64,000 nucleotides of DNA from Phycisphaerae bacterium. GTDB lineage: Bacteria > Planctomycetota > Phycisphaerae > Phycisphaerales > SM1A02. The first letter of the stretch is position 1; each line of letters starts with the position of its first letter. The translations under genes were made by a program, and so were the position numbers. Location: NCBI GenBank assembly GCA_016845245.1, contig JAERSY010000133.1:10-64009 (forward strand), written 5' to 3'. Under the pieces are notes generated by a model. It was given only the letters and a program-made list of their open reading frames with translations. It was not told where the DNA came from and made no database searches. Shown piece after piece: positions 27,346 to 37,321 of this stretch.

Positions 27346-27872
27346 GTTGATTCCTTCGTTCTAGGGATCCAAGGGGTATCTGCAATACCTTCTTCTTTAT
27401 TTGCAAATCGTGCAAGTGCAAAGAGCAGGTCACTTAACCGATTCATGAAAATGAGTACTTCTGTTGAACAACCGCCTGCTGTGTGGAGTGTAATGATGCT
27501 GCGTTCAGCACGCCTACACACGCCTCTTGCAAGGTGTAGCGCCGCTGCTTTTGCACAACCACCCGGCAATACAAACGAGTTTAGTTTGTCGTTCTGTCCA
27601 TCGACGCGATCAATCCACGATTCAAGGGTATTGATGTCTGTGCCATCAATACGTCGCACATGTTCATTGTCGACAGGCGTTGCTAAATCTGCTCCAACAT
27701 CAAATAGGAGTGATTGAAGTGGCTGCAGCGATTCGTCTTGCACACATCCAATGGCAGCGTTCGTCTCATCAACGTCACCAACCGCGTGCATACGCGCGTC
27801 ATTCTTTAAAATTCTGCCGCCCCCAAACAGTCCAGTACTTCCATCGTCACCTGTTTTTGTATACAGGGGCAT
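27342..27872 (-). CDS. PduO-type ATP:cob(I)alamin adenosyltransferase
   Basis: [45 protein letters not shown]. Confidence 0.85.
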   Translation of the reverse strand: MPLYTKTGDDGSTGLFGGGRILKNDARMHAVGDVDETNAAIGCVQDESLQPLQSLLFDVGADLATPVDNEHVRRIDGTDINTLESWIDRVDGQNDKLNSFVLPGGCAKAAALHLARGVCRRAERSIITLHTAGGCSTEVLIFMNRLSDLLFALARFANKEEGIADTPWIPRTKEST

Positions 27873-27877
27873 GCGTC

Positions 27878-28753
27878 TTATTCGAGTGCTGCTGCACCAG
27901 AGATGATTTCAGTGAGTTCCGTCGTAATCTGTGCTTGACGGGCTCTGTTGTAATCGCGGCGCAAGTCCTTGCCAAGATCATTCGCGTTTTCTGTTGCGGC
28001 TTTCATCGCAATCATACGCATGATGTTTTCACTGACAACTGCATCGTTGAACACTTGGAAGAGTGTTGTTTTCACACTTCGTGGTAGGAGGTCATCAAGG
28101 ATTTCACCTGCTGATGGCGAAAACTCATAGTTTGCTGATGCACCGTCTTCAGTGGTATCTGTGTTTGCCTCTTCTGAAGCGAGTGGCAAGAGTTGAATCG
28201 TTTCTGGAACTTGTCTTGCGTTTGAGACAAACCGCATGTACGTCACACGGACTGCGTCCCATTTTCCTTCAGCAAACTCTTCCATGTAACGAGTTGCGAT
28301 TCGAGCGACGTCTTCGAATGATGGTTTATCTCCAACCGTCAGTTGGTTGAGTGGTTCCATTTTTTGAAATTTGAAGAACGCGTTTGATTTTTTACCAGCT
28401 GTTTCTACTGAAACATCAACACCATCTTGATCTTTAGAGCGGATGTGTTGCATCGCTGTTTTTAAGACGTTGCCGTTATATGCACCGCAAAGACCTCGGT
28501 CAGAAGAAATGACAAGAAGAAGTTCTTTCTTCGTGTTTCCTTTTGAGCTAAAGAGCGGGGAATCGTATTCACCAGCAGCTCCAGAAACTTCGCCAACAAG
28601 ACGTCGAATGGCGTCTGTATAGGGACGCGAATCACGAGCACGTGCAAGTGCTGCTGTGAATTTCGCAGTCGCAATCATCTGCATCGTTTTTGTGATACGA
28701 GCGATTGTGCCAACCGCTGTCATTCGTTTTCTAATCGCGCGAATTTGTGCCAT
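27878..28753 (-). CDS. atpG: F-type ATP synthase gamma subunit
   Basis: IRKRMTAVGTIARITKTMQMIATAKF, SSDRGLCGAYN, C-terminal ENIMRMIAMKAATENA...YNRARQAQITTELTEIISGAAAL. Confidence 0.9.
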   Translation of the reverse strand: MAQIRAIRKRMTAVGTIARITKTMQMIATAKFTAALARARDSRPYTDAIRRLVGEVSGAAGEYDSPLFSSKGNTKKELLLVISSDRGLCGAYNGNVLKTAMQHIRSKDQDGVDVSVETAGKKSNAFFKFQKMEPLNQLTVGDKPSFEDVARIATRYMEEFAEGKWDAVRVTYMRFVSNARQVPETIQLLPLASEEANTDTTEDGASANYEFSPSAGEILDDLLPRSVKTTLFQVFNDAVVSENIMRMIAMKAATENANDLGKDLRRDYNRARQAQITTELTEIISGAAALE

Positions 28754-28785
28754 AAGACGGGGGATTGTAGCAGAAAATGCCTGAT

Positions 28786-29631
28786 TCAGAGGGTCAAGCC
28801 GTCGTACGCAAGGTGGATGCCCTCAGGAAGTTCTTGTTCAAGCTTTGCATGCGAGATATCGTGCGTCATGTGGATGAAATACGTCGTTTCAGCGCTCACA
28901 TTCGTCGCGATTTGGAGGGCTTGGTCGAGATTGAGATGGGTTGGATGATGCCTAAATCTGAGCATGTCAAGAATAAGCGTGTCTAACGAGCCAATCTGCA
29001 TCATCGATTCTGGCGGAATCGTCGAAACATCTGTTAAGTAGCCAATCCCTTGACGGTGGCCATCGCGAGGTGGGGGCGGGGTGTCTTCACTAAGTTCTGG
29101 GTGAAGAATGAAGCCAAGAATGGGTAATCGTCCGTGAAAGAGCCGAATCGGTGTGATCCACAACCCAAACAAATTCAGCGGCTCGTCGGGCTGAAGTTCA
29201 TTTGGAATGAGATTCGCAACAAATGAGTCGTTCACATTTTTGCTTGACTCAAACACATGATTGAAGACGCGGTGTAGATGTTGGAGCGTTGCTTGTTCTG
29301 CATAGATATCTATCGCTTGCTGCATCACCATGTTAAAACGCCTCACTTCATCGAGACCAAATGTGTGGTCAACATGTTGATGCGTAAATAAGATTGCGTC
29401 GCAGCGGTGTAGCTCTTCTCTTAACACCTGTTGTCTCAAATCGGGCGATGTGTCAATGAGGATGACTCTGTCAACGCCGTTCTTGTCAGTAAACCGAATG
29501 CACGCTGAGCATCGCAGACGCGAATCGCGTGGGTCGTCACTCGTGCACACATCGCAATCACACGCAATCACAGGAACGCCCGCAGACGTTCCAGTGCCAA
29601 GAAACGTGAAACTAAAATTACTTATTGCCAT
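28786..29631 (-). CDS. MBL-fold metallo-hydrolase (PhnP-like)
   Basis: FLGTGTSAGVP, Cys cluster CDCDVC, HQHVDH metal motif. Confidence 0.75.
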   Translation of the reverse strand: MAISNFSFTFLGTGTSAGVPVIACDCDVCTSDDPRDSRLRCSACIRFTDKNGVDRVILIDTSPDLRQQVLREELHRCDAILFTHQHVDHTFGLDEVRRFNMVMQQAIDIYAEQATLQHLHRVFNHVFESSKNVNDSFVANLIPNELQPDEPLNLFGLWITPIRLFHGRLPILGFILHPELSEDTPPPPRDGHRQGIGYLTDVSTIPPESMMQIGSLDTLILDMLRFRHHPTHLNLDQALQIATNVSAETTYFIHMTHDISHAKLEQELPEGIHLAYDGLTL

Positions 29632-30862
29632 CAGACACGCCCATCAATCGGATGAGTGGGCCTACCGTTAAGCCCTGAAGGACTAAGCTCAGTAACACAA
29701 CGCCGAATGCAACTGGAACGAGCATGCGCTGTACTTCTCCATCGGGAAGACCGAGCACAAGCGCGAGCGGTATCGAACCCTTAAGACCTGACCAAAAAAT
29801 AACGTGCTTCCAACCCTTGTGCCACGCCTTGCCAGCAGTAAACGAAATTGGATAGACGAGCAATCCGCGTGCAAGCAGTATCGCACCAAACGCTGCAAGT
29901 GAAGCAAGGATGACGGTGCTGTTTAGAAGTGCGTCAATACCGCCAATCGCTTGAAGTTCAAAACCGATGAGTAGGAACACGATTGAGTTCACGATGAAAT
30001 CGATGGACTCCCAAAAGGTGTTGATGGTGTTGACCGTGTCATCACTCATCGCGAGCTTCGTTCCATAGTTTCCAATAATGAGTCCCGCAACAACAACTGC
30101 GATGACGCCAGAAGCGTGGTACTGCTCTGCAACGATAAACGAACCCCACGCAAGCACAATCGTGATGCCATTTTCAAGTACGTGGTCATTGAGTTTGCGG
30201 AGAAGCCAAAACGAAATCAGACCAAAGCCAAGCCCAAATACAACACCAAGACCAACGACGCGAACAAACTCTGTAAGCCCGCTTGCAATGGAGATGGCGT
30301 GTTCACCATCTCCTGATGTAAAGACTGCGGATAACAAAATGAGGAAGAGCACAACGCCTGTGCCGTCATTGAACAAACTTTCGCCTTCAATAATCGTTTT
30401 GAGACGCTCGGGGGCTTTTGCAGTTTTGAGTGTTGCCATCACAGAGATTGGGTCAGTTGGCGCGAGCATCGCGCCAAACAGAAATGCGACAAGCAAACTG
30501 CACCCGAGAATGGGCTGCACAGCAAACGCAACAATTGCAGTTGATAAGAGGACACCAGGAATTGCGAGTATGAGCACTGGTATTGCTTTCTTTTGCAACA
30601 GTTCAAGATCAAGATGGAGTCCAGCTTGAAAAAGAAGCGGCGGCAAACATAACACCAGAATCAGTTCGTCTGTAATGACAACGCCTTCTGGCGCAGCGCC
30701 CATCAGTGCGACAACAAGTCCAGCGAGCACAAGCGCGATGGTGTATGGAAGTTTGACAAACTTTGAAAGCACACCAATCACAGTCGCAAATGCAAGGAGC
30801 GAAACGAATGTGGTGAGTGTTGTAGAAACAATTCCGTGTTGTGAAACAGAGGCGAGCATCAT
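29618..30862 (-). CDS. Cation/proton antiporter (CPA1, NhaP-like)
   Basis: About 12 hydrophobic segments. Motifs LAPTDPISV and ESLFNDGTGVVLF are typical of the Na_H_Exchanger family. Confidence 0.8.
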   Translation of the reverse strand: MMLASVSQHGIVSTTLTTFVSLLAFATVIGVLSKFVKLPYTIALVLAGLVVALMGAAPEGVVITDELILVLCLPPLLFQAGLHLDLELLQKKAIPVLILAIPGVLLSTAIVAFAVQPILGCSLLVAFLFGAMLAPTDPISVMATLKTAKAPERLKTIIEGESLFNDGTGVVLFLILLSAVFTSGDGEHAISIASGLTEFVRVVGLGVVFGLGFGLISFWLLRKLNDHVLENGITIVLAWGSFIVAEQYHASGVIAVVVAGLIIGNYGTKLAMSDDTVNTINTFWESIDFIVNSIVFLLIGFELQAIGGIDALLNSTVILASLAAFGAILLARGLLVYPISFTAGKAWHKGWKHVIFWSGLKGSIPLALVLGLPDGEVQRMLVPVAFGVVLLSLVLQGLTVGPLIRLMGVSDGNK

Positions 30863-31869
30863 AAATCGATTGAAACTCCATTGATAAGTTCAGCAGCAAC
30901 AGTAGCGGGCGAAGTCGAATGCGCAATCGCGCGACTCACCGCAAGCGAGCACTGACATGCTGCGTAGAGTTGGCTGCAATTCTCTGGCGTAATGCCGCCA
31001 ATTGCGAGAACGGGCATGTGGGGGTACGCCTGACACACTTCGTATAAGAGTGATACTCCACGAATCTCGCTGTCCTTTGTGTTACTTTTAAACATTGCAC
31101 CAACGCCAAAGTAATCTGCGCCCGCACTTGCTGCACTGTGTGCTTCGTCAAGCGAATGAACAGTCGCCCCAACGACATACTGTTGACCACATAATGTCCG
31201 AGCGTCATGAATTCCCAAGTCTTCTTTGCCAAGATGAACGCCAGTTGCGCCCGTTGCAAGCATCACATCGATGCGGTCATTGACAATCACCGCAGCGCGA
31301 GCATCTACAAGTTCTATCATCTCCTGCACATGTGTTGTCAACTCGGGCGTTGACATTTCCTTTTCTCGAACTTGGATGCAATCACACCCACCTTCGATTG
31401 CTTGCTCAACACACTCTTTCCATGGCAGCGTGCAATCTGAAGCAGTGCACACAAAACAGAGACGCCACTGGGATGGCGTCGATGAACCCAGTCGTCTCAT
31501 CAACTCCTGAGCTGTGTCATAAATTGCGTATCGAAGATCTTTCACAGAAATCGTGCACGCTTCAAGTTTCACGCCTTCTTCAATGACGCGAAGCGCTTCG
31601 CAACAACGATTGCTTGAAGCAATAACGACATCGTGAAGTGAAGAGCGCGTTAACTCTTCATCAGTTGTGATATCCGTTCCAACATCGCCTTGCGTATCTC
31701 GATGAAGAATGCTGTTTGGAAAGGCGTGCCGAATAGTGTGGCGGTGCCTCTTGAGTGATTCACTGAGCTCTTGGATGTTGAGATGAAAGCGCGCAATATC
31801 TTCAAGCACACGCAGGCCTTCGGCTGCGCGGTTGACATTCGCGTCGATCATTCGGCGAACATTATTCAT
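30859..31869 (-). CDS. thiE: Thiamine-phosphate synthase with an N-terminal ThiD2-like domain
   Basis: The C-terminal half has the TMP-TENI pattern (IQVREKE, VIVNDRIDV, GVHLGKEDL, GATVHS, DYFGVGAMF, VLAIGGI). The N-terminal about 130 aa (DANVNRAAEGLRVLEDIARF) matches the domain often fused to ThiE. Confidence 0.8.
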   Translation of the reverse strand: MNNVRRMIDANVNRAAEGLRVLEDIARFHLNIQELSESLKRHRHTIRHAFPNSILHRDTQGDVGTDITTDEELTRSSLHDVVIASSNRCCEALRVIEEGVKLEACTISVKDLRYAIYDTAQELMRRLGSSTPSQWRLCFVCTASDCTLPWKECVEQAIEGGCDCIQVREKEMSTPELTTHVQEMIELVDARAAVIVNDRIDVMLATGATGVHLGKEDLGIHDARTLCGQQYVVGATVHSLDEAHSAASAGADYFGVGAMFKSNTKDSEIRGVSLLYEVCQAYPHMPVLAIGGITPENCSQLYAACQCSLAVSRAIAHSTSPATVAAELINGVSIDL

Positions 31870-32306
31870 GCCATCAAATCGACTCGTCTTTGGTGACGTC
31901 CGCCCTCAAACTCCGTGTTGAGCCAATCATCTAAAATCGCGCAGTGGTTTGGATCAAATGGTCCATCTGCTGCCATGCACAACACATTTGCGTTGTTGTG
32001 TTTTCTACTCATTTGCGCTGAATGAGCGTCGTGAACGAGCGCTGCTCGAATGCCGCTTGCCTTGTTTGCAGCCATTGACATGCCAATACCTGAACCGCAA
32101 ATCAGTACGCCGCAACATGCATCACCTCGTTGGATGGCATCAGTGACTTCTTTTGCTTGCACGGGGTAATCAACAGACTCCGAGTCTCCACCATAATGCT
32201 TGGTCACGCTCCAGCCACTCGTTTCTAAATGTTCAGCAAGCGAATCGACAATGTCTCTTGCCCTGTGGTCGGAACCAATTGCGATGGTCTTTGATTCAAA
32301 CGTCAT
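31866..32306 (-). CDS. rpiB: Ribose-5-phosphate isomerase B
   Basis: IAIGSDH, GVLICGSGIGMSMAANK, RAALVHD, SRKHNNANVLCM. Confidence 0.9.
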   Translation of the reverse strand: MTFESKTIAIGSDHRARDIVDSLAEHLETSGWSVTKHYGGDSESVDYPVQAKEVTDAIQRGDACCGVLICGSGIGMSMAANKASGIRAALVHDAHSAQMSRKHNNANVLCMAADGPFDPNHCAILDDWLNTEFEGGRHQRRVDLMA

Positions 32307-32315
32307 CTTTTCTCC

Positions 32316-32771
32316 TTAGTTCGATTCTTCTGCAATCGAGTTGATTTTATCCTTGATTAACGCAAACATCCGGTCAGCAACTGCGTCATACACTTCTTGG
32401 GATTGCCCAATTGGGTCTGCGACTGCGCCATCATCATCTAACAACGATACATGTTGAGCATCTGGTGCAAGGTGAAGCACACTTTGGATATGGCTCTCAG
32501 TCATACAGTACACATGCGTCGCCTCTTCAATCATTGCTAAAGTGAGGGCTCTACTTGCACTCTTAAACTCAATCCCTCGGTTTTTCAGGGCAGTGGTCGT
32601 TTCGAAACTGATCGCCATGCCATCCATTCCAAAAACGCCAGCGGAACTAACTTTCCAATCATTTAGACCTGATTGTTCGATGAAATGCTTCGCAATTCCT
32701 TCAGCCATGGGACTTCGACAAGTGTTGCCGGTGCAAACAAAAATAATGGTTGGTTTTATCATAGGTTGCAA
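32316..32771 (-). CDS. Low-molecular-weight protein-tyrosine phosphatase family protein
   Basis: P-loop IIFVCTGNTCRSPMAEG and a downstream DP motif (VADPIG). Confidence 0.85.
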   Translation of the reverse strand: MQPMIKPTIIFVCTGNTCRSPMAEGIAKHFIEQSGLNDWKVSSAGVFGMDGMAISFETTTALKNRGIEFKSASRALTLAMIEEATHVYCMTESHIQSVLHLAPDAQHVSLLDDDGAVADPIGQSQEVYDAVADRMFALIKDKINSIAEESN

Positions 32772-32830
32772 ATGTTGCCTCTATCGTATTGAATACTCGT
32801 ACATAACACACATAGAGTTGGAAAAGAGTT

Positions 32831-33400
32831 TTGGAATTTATCGCTGAACAAGAAGTTAATGAGCTCATGAATGACATGGGCATCGTGAAAGAGGCCTCGG
32901 AAGAGAGCGCTCATCTGTCAATGTCTGCTGACTGTTTGTCAGCAAAGCATTGCCTGTGTAATGATGACACGCCATGCGGTGAGGGCGAAGGCACATTCTG
33001 TAAAGAGATGAATACAGATGAAATGATTCAAGCCATCATCGGTTCGATTCATAAACTTCATGGCGGACAAACAATCATGCTTCCCTCGACAAAGTGGCGT
33101 AATGTTTTTGATGCTGTGGCATTCAGCATGGCGGGCGATGACTCATGGCAGGAATTCGATGCAACCGCAACCGTAAAACTAAACACTCAAGACCCGCTCA
33201 TTTTTGAAACCTCAGACGAGCACACACTCACAGGGCTCATCACAGCGCTTATGAATGATGGCGAGGGCGAAGCGCAAGGTGTGTATGTGTTCCCGACTGG
33301 TGCTCCAGTGCTTGTGTATATCGTTCCCGGCGGTCCTGTGAAGTTCTGGTTTGGAACTCAGGCACTTGCCGATGAAGTTTCAGAAGCATACGCTTCATAG
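32831..33400 (+). CDS. Hypothetical protein
   Basis: 189-aa ORF from a TTG, with alternative ATGs at 32867/32876. The N-terminal region is acidic and Cys-rich. I recognise no family. Confidence 0.4.
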   Translation: MEFIAEQEVNELMNDMGIVKEASEESAHLSMSADCLSAKHCLCNDDTPCGEGEGTFCKEMNTDEMIQAIIGSIHKLHGGQTIMLPSTKWRNVFDAVAFSMAGDDSWQEFDATATVKLNTQDPLIFETSDEHTLTGLITALMNDGEGEAQGVYVFPTGAPVLVYIVPGGPVKFWFGTQALADEVSEAYAS

Positions 33401-33415
33401 AACAGAATTGAACGC

Positions 33416-34018
33416 ATGGCACCACCTAGAACATCAAAAGCGCCGTTTACAAATGAAAAGAAGTCTATCTCTGCTGTAGATCAAGCTCGATCTGCTCAAG
33501 ATTGGAAAACGCTTTCCAAAGCGATTCATGATTTATCTGATTCAAGGCAAGCACTTGCAAAACTAGCAAAAAACGGACGGCGAGTTCAGGTGATTGAATC
33601 AATTGAAGACGCCGATTCCATCAAGGAAGCTGGCCGCTTTCTTGTTCGGCCACCGCTCGTAGGCAGAGATGCATCTTTGATTCATCATGCACTTAAAGAG
33701 AAGGGTGTTGCGTCGCTCATCGTCTGCCGCGAACCAACAACGAAGTTAGGGCTTTGCCCCATCGTTGCGCTTGGAAGTGGTGTCACCGTACGCGTTCAAG
33801 TTGATGAGCCAAAAAACAACGACAAGCCAACGTGCGCGTGGTTCGACCACGCGATTGATGAACTTGGCGCACACGTCGTAGAAGAAGCTGAAAAACAAGA
33901 AGGGGGCGAACGGCGACTTGATTTCCTGCTTGCCCATTTACCTGCCATTGCAACTTATAAGCCCGCATATCTCCTCGCGGTTGCGTGTTGCAAGGCAATC
34001 ATGGATAGAACCAAGTAG
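33416..34018 (+). CDS. Hypothetical protein
   Basis: 200-aa ORF with an ATG start, on the same strand and tightly spaced with its neighbours. I recognise no family. Confidence 0.4.
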   Translation: MAPPRTSKAPFTNEKKSISAVDQARSAQDWKTLSKAIHDLSDSRQALAKLAKNGRRVQVIESIEDADSIKEAGRFLVRPPLVGRDASLIHHALKEKGVASLIVCREPTTKLGLCPIVALGSGVTVRVQVDEPKNNDKPTCAWFDHAIDELGAHVVEEAEKQEGGERRLDFLLAHLPAIATYKPAYLLAVACCKAIMDRTK

Positions 34019-34044
34019 GATATTTCCAAAGGAGCGTTTACAAC

Positions 34045-34815
34045 GTGCCAATCAAAACCAAACTCGCAACTCGATGTTGGATAAAGACAGTCTTAATGAT
34101 TATTGTCTGTGTTGTCCTTGGACTTTGGGGTATCTGGGATTACGTCGTTGCGATTCCAGAAAAAGCAAGGGGTGCTGCGAAGGCAGAAATATTACGGGTC
34201 ATTAAAACGGGGCTCGATACACCAAATGGTTCTTCGCAGCGGTTAGATGCAATCACCCTCGTTGACACAGCGCTACAGAGCGACGGGTATGCCGAGGATG
34301 ATTGGGACGCTGGCCTTGCACAAATGAAAGAAGCGTTGGAAGGCGGCTCAATAGAAACTCAACGTGAAGCCATGGGAAATGTTGAGGAGGGGCTCAATAC
34401 GTATGGAAACATAACCGCACCAAGTAAATATGACAGGCCCATGCAATGGGTGTTTATGTCATGTTTGCCGTTTGGCTTGTGGTACTTGCTCAGTTATCTG
34501 AAAATGAAAAAACGCGCGTCGATGTATACGCTTGATGACGACGGAACATTAACGACTCCCGAAGGAACATGGTCTGCTAGCGACATCAAAGATATTGACA
34601 TGTCAACGTGGATTTCGAAAACTGCAAAAGCACGTTCAACGTGGACCGCAAAAGTTGTGGTTGAAGGAAGTGAACCAATTGAACTTGATGACTATGTCTA
34701 CCAAGACATGCATCTCATCATCGGTACGCTTGCTCACCAGTTTTACCCTGATGACTGGACGCCGCTTGCGCGAAGAGTAAAACTTGAACAAACCCAAGAA
34801 GAAGAGGAAGAATAA
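34045..34815 (+). CDS. Hypothetical two-TM membrane protein abutting lptB
   Basis: GTG start. TM helices VLMIIVCVVLGLWGIWDYVV and WVFMSCLPFGLWYLLSYL, an acidic C-terminal tail, and a stop immediately before the lptB start. Confidence 0.45.
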   Translation: MPIKTKLATRCWIKTVLMIIVCVVLGLWGIWDYVVAIPEKARGAAKAEILRVIKTGLDTPNGSSQRLDAITLVDTALQSDGYAEDDWDAGLAQMKEALEGGSIETQREAMGNVEEGLNTYGNITAPSKYDRPMQWVFMSCLPFGLWYLLSYLKMKKRASMYTLDDDGTLTTPEGTWSASDIKDIDMSTWISKTAKARSTWTAKVVVEGSEPIELDDYVYQDMHLIIGTLAHQFYPDDWTPLARRVKLEQTQEEEEE

Positions 34816-35553
34816 GTGCCCCTTCTTACTGCAACAAACTTGGTGAAAAGTTATGGCGGAAGAAAAGTCGTAGACGAAGTCAACCTAGAGGTTGGTGAGG
34901 GGGAAGTGGTTGGTCTGCTCGGTCCAAATGGTGCTGGTAAAACAACCTCATTTCGCATGATGATTGGGATGATTGAACCCGAAGGTGGACGCGTGCTATT
35001 CGATGGCGAAGATGTCACACATTTACCCATGTATCAACACGCCCAGCGCGGGATGGGTTACCTCGCACAAGAGCCAAGCGTCTTTCGCGGAATGACATGT
35101 GAAGATAACTTGAATGCTATTCTTGAGACGCTGCCAATTCCTAAGCCGATTCAAAAGCAGCGGTGTGACGAATTGCTTGAACAGTTCCACCTCGAGCACA
35201 AACGAAAGCAACTCGCAAAAACGTGTAGTGGCGGTGAACGTCGCCGTCTTGAAATCGCAAGAGCCCTCATCATGAGGCCAAAACTTATTTTGCTCGATGA
35301 ACCGTTTGCAGCAGTTGACCCGCACACTGTCGAAGATGTGCAAAAGGAAGTCAGAAAACTTTCTGAGCAAGGCATTGCCATCCTTGTCACGGACCACGCC
35401 GTCCAGCAAACGCTGCATATCTGTGATCGGGCATACATCATTGACAGCGGGAAGAACCTCATGGATGGTGACCCAAAAACCATCATTAACGATGAAATGG
35501 TCAAGAAGCGCTATCTCGCTTCAACATTCAGGGGCGATGAGTTTGATGAGTAA
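34816..35553 (+). CDS. lptB: LPS export ABC transporter ATP-binding protein
   Basis: KSYGGRKVV, GLLGPNGAGKTT (Walker A), LPMYQHAQRGMGYLAQEPSVFR, CSGGERRRLEIARAL, ILLDEPFA, and the 245-aa size. Confidence 0.85.
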   Translation: MPLLTATNLVKSYGGRKVVDEVNLEVGEGEVVGLLGPNGAGKTTSFRMMIGMIEPEGGRVLFDGEDVTHLPMYQHAQRGMGYLAQEPSVFRGMTCEDNLNAILETLPIPKPIQKQRCDELLEQFHLEHKRKQLAKTCSGGERRRLEIARALIMRPKLILLDEPFAAVDPHTVEDVQKEVRKLSEQGIAILVTDHAVQQTLHICDRAYIIDSGKNLMDGDPKTIINDEMVKKRYLASTFRGDEFDE

Positions 35554-35593
35554 CAAGAGTCGGTATAATTGCCGCCTTGGATAATAGGATCCC

Positions 35594-35965
35594 ATGAAAT
35601 ATTTCCTTATCATTACTTTGCTTTGTTGTTCGCTTGGTTGCGTCAAACGAACCATCACAATTAAGAGCCAGCCATCGGGCGCTATTGTTTGGCTGAACGA
35701 CCGCGAAATCGGTCGAACACCAGTGGTCACTGATTTTACGTACTACGGTGAATATGATGTGCGTGCGGAACTTCAGGGGTATCACCCAATCATGACGACG
35801 CGGTGGCTCAGTCCTCCAACTTGGGACGTTCCACCACTTGATTTAGTGACTGAAGTTGTTGCGCCGGATGCTCATGCGGACCTTCACTGGAGTTTCACCT
35901 TAGAACCACTTGAAGTGAACCCGACTTCACTCATTGAACGTGCAGAAACGTTGAGGTCACAGTAA
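35594..35965 (+). CDS. PEGA-domain lipoprotein
   Basis: Lipobox (CSLGCV), then ITIKSQPSGAIVWLNDREIGRTPV and YDVRAELQGYHP, the typical PEGA pattern. Confidence 0.65.
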   Translation: MKYFLIITLLCCSLGCVKRTITIKSQPSGAIVWLNDREIGRTPVVTDFTYYGEYDVRAELQGYHPIMTTRWLSPPTWDVPPLDLVTEVVAPDAHADLHWSFTLEPLEVNPTSLIERAETLRSQ

Positions 35966-35972
35966 ATCGTCG

Positions 35973-36398
35973 ATGGTTACTTTTGTTCGAAAATGGATGT
36001 TCACTGCTGTAACGCTTGCACTCGCGTGCGCAATTGCGTGGTGGGCTTCGTACACCGAATCGCGTGTGAACAATCATGTCAGAGTTGAAGTCACAAAACT
36101 TATTCCTCGAGCGCACGCAAATCCTGCTATCGTTGAAGAGTTTGTGGTGAATCCAATCCTTAAGCAACCATTGCAGTTGTCACTTGAATATGTTTATGAC
36201 AATTCAATCAATACAGACCTCGAGTTTCAAGTCATTGTGACAAATGGTGATGATGAAGTTTTTGGCGATGGACGAGCAACCCATATCGCATTAGTTGAAG
36301 TGAACAACCAGCCACTTGCGAAGTACAGAGTCATTTGTGATTCAGAACACGCAAAGGTGCTTTTCGCAGGAATCATTCAAGAAGGAATGACGCAATGA
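35973..36398 (+). CDS. Hypothetical membrane-anchored protein
   Basis: N-terminal TM helix (MFTAVTLALACAIAWWA). 4-nt overlap with the next gene. Confidence 0.4.
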   Translation: MVTFVRKWMFTAVTLALACAIAWWASYTESRVNNHVRVEVTKLIPRAHANPAIVEEFVVNPILKQPLQLSLEYVYDNSINTDLEFQVIVTNGDDEVFGDGRATHIALVEVNNQPLAKYRVICDSEHAKVLFAGIIQEGMTQ

Positions 36399-37321
36399 AA
36401 GTTTGGATAAATGGTTCCTTTGTCGATGAAAAAGATGCAAAAGTAGGCGTCTTTGACGCTGGTTTCCAGCATGGCGTTGGGCTCTTTGAAACCATGCTTG
36501 CACGCAATGGCAATGTGTTTCAAGCTGAAGCACACATGAATCGGCTCAAAGCGTCAGCAGCTGGCTTACGCCTCACAGAAAAATTGCATGTTGAACCACT
36601 CATCGAAGCGCTTCATCTCACGCTCAAAGAAAACGAACAAAAAGATGCACGGTTGAGGTTAACGATTACGGGTGGTGACCTCAACATGCTTCAGCGAACG
36701 GGTGAACAAGGGAATGCAGACCCAACAATTGTCATCCAATCCCAACCACCAACGCAGTACCCAGATGCCTTTTTTGACAAGGGTGTTCATGTCACGCTCG
36801 CAAGTGGTCGCGTGAATCCATACGAGTTTGGTGCTGGGCACAAAACGCTGAACTATTGGTCAAAACTCCTCAACCTCCAACTCGCAGCGATGCAGCAGTG
36901 TGGCGAAGCGCTTTGGCTTACGCCAAGTGCGCACCTTGCAGGTGGGTGCGTAAGCAACTTGTTTGCCGTAAAAGGCGGAACGCTGTTTACGCCAACTGCC
37001 CGTGGCGAAGAGGATGAACAAGATGAACCCTCTGCTGTTCTTCCTGGCGTCACAAGAGGTGTCATTATTGCGCTTGCAGACGAAATTGGGGTGGGGACGA
37101 GCAAGCAGTCCATGACATTAGATGATGCCTTAGATGCAGACGAACTCTTTTTGACAAACTCAAGTTGGGGTGTGTTGCCCGTCGTTGGCATGAGGGTTGC
37201 CGTCAGTGAAGGCGGTCAGAATCAATCGCAAGAACAGGCCATTGGCGAAGGAAAGGTTGGAAGCATGACCGCCCAACTTCTGACCTCATACACATCAAAG
37301 CTTGAAGCCGAAACGGCGTAA
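36395..37321 (+). CDS. Class IV aminotransferase family protein (aminodeoxychorismate lyase / D-amino-acid or branched-chain aminotransferase-like)
   Basis: NGSFVDEKDAKVGVFDAGFQHGVGLFET, HMNRL, HKTLNY (PLP Lys region), LPGVTRG, ELFLTNS. Confidence 0.8.
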   Translation: MKVWINGSFVDEKDAKVGVFDAGFQHGVGLFETMLARNGNVFQAEAHMNRLKASAAGLRLTEKLHVEPLIEALHLTLKENEQKDARLRLTITGGDLNMLQRTGEQGNADPTIVIQSQPPTQYPDAFFDKGVHVTLASGRVNPYEFGAGHKTLNYWSKLLNLQLAAMQQCGEALWLTPSAHLAGGCVSNLFAVKGGTLFTPTARGEEDEQDEPSAVLPGVTRGVIIALADEIGVGTSKQSMTLDDALDADELFLTNSSWGVLPVVGMRVAVSEGGQNQSQEQAIGEGKVGSMTAQLLTSYTSKLEAETA

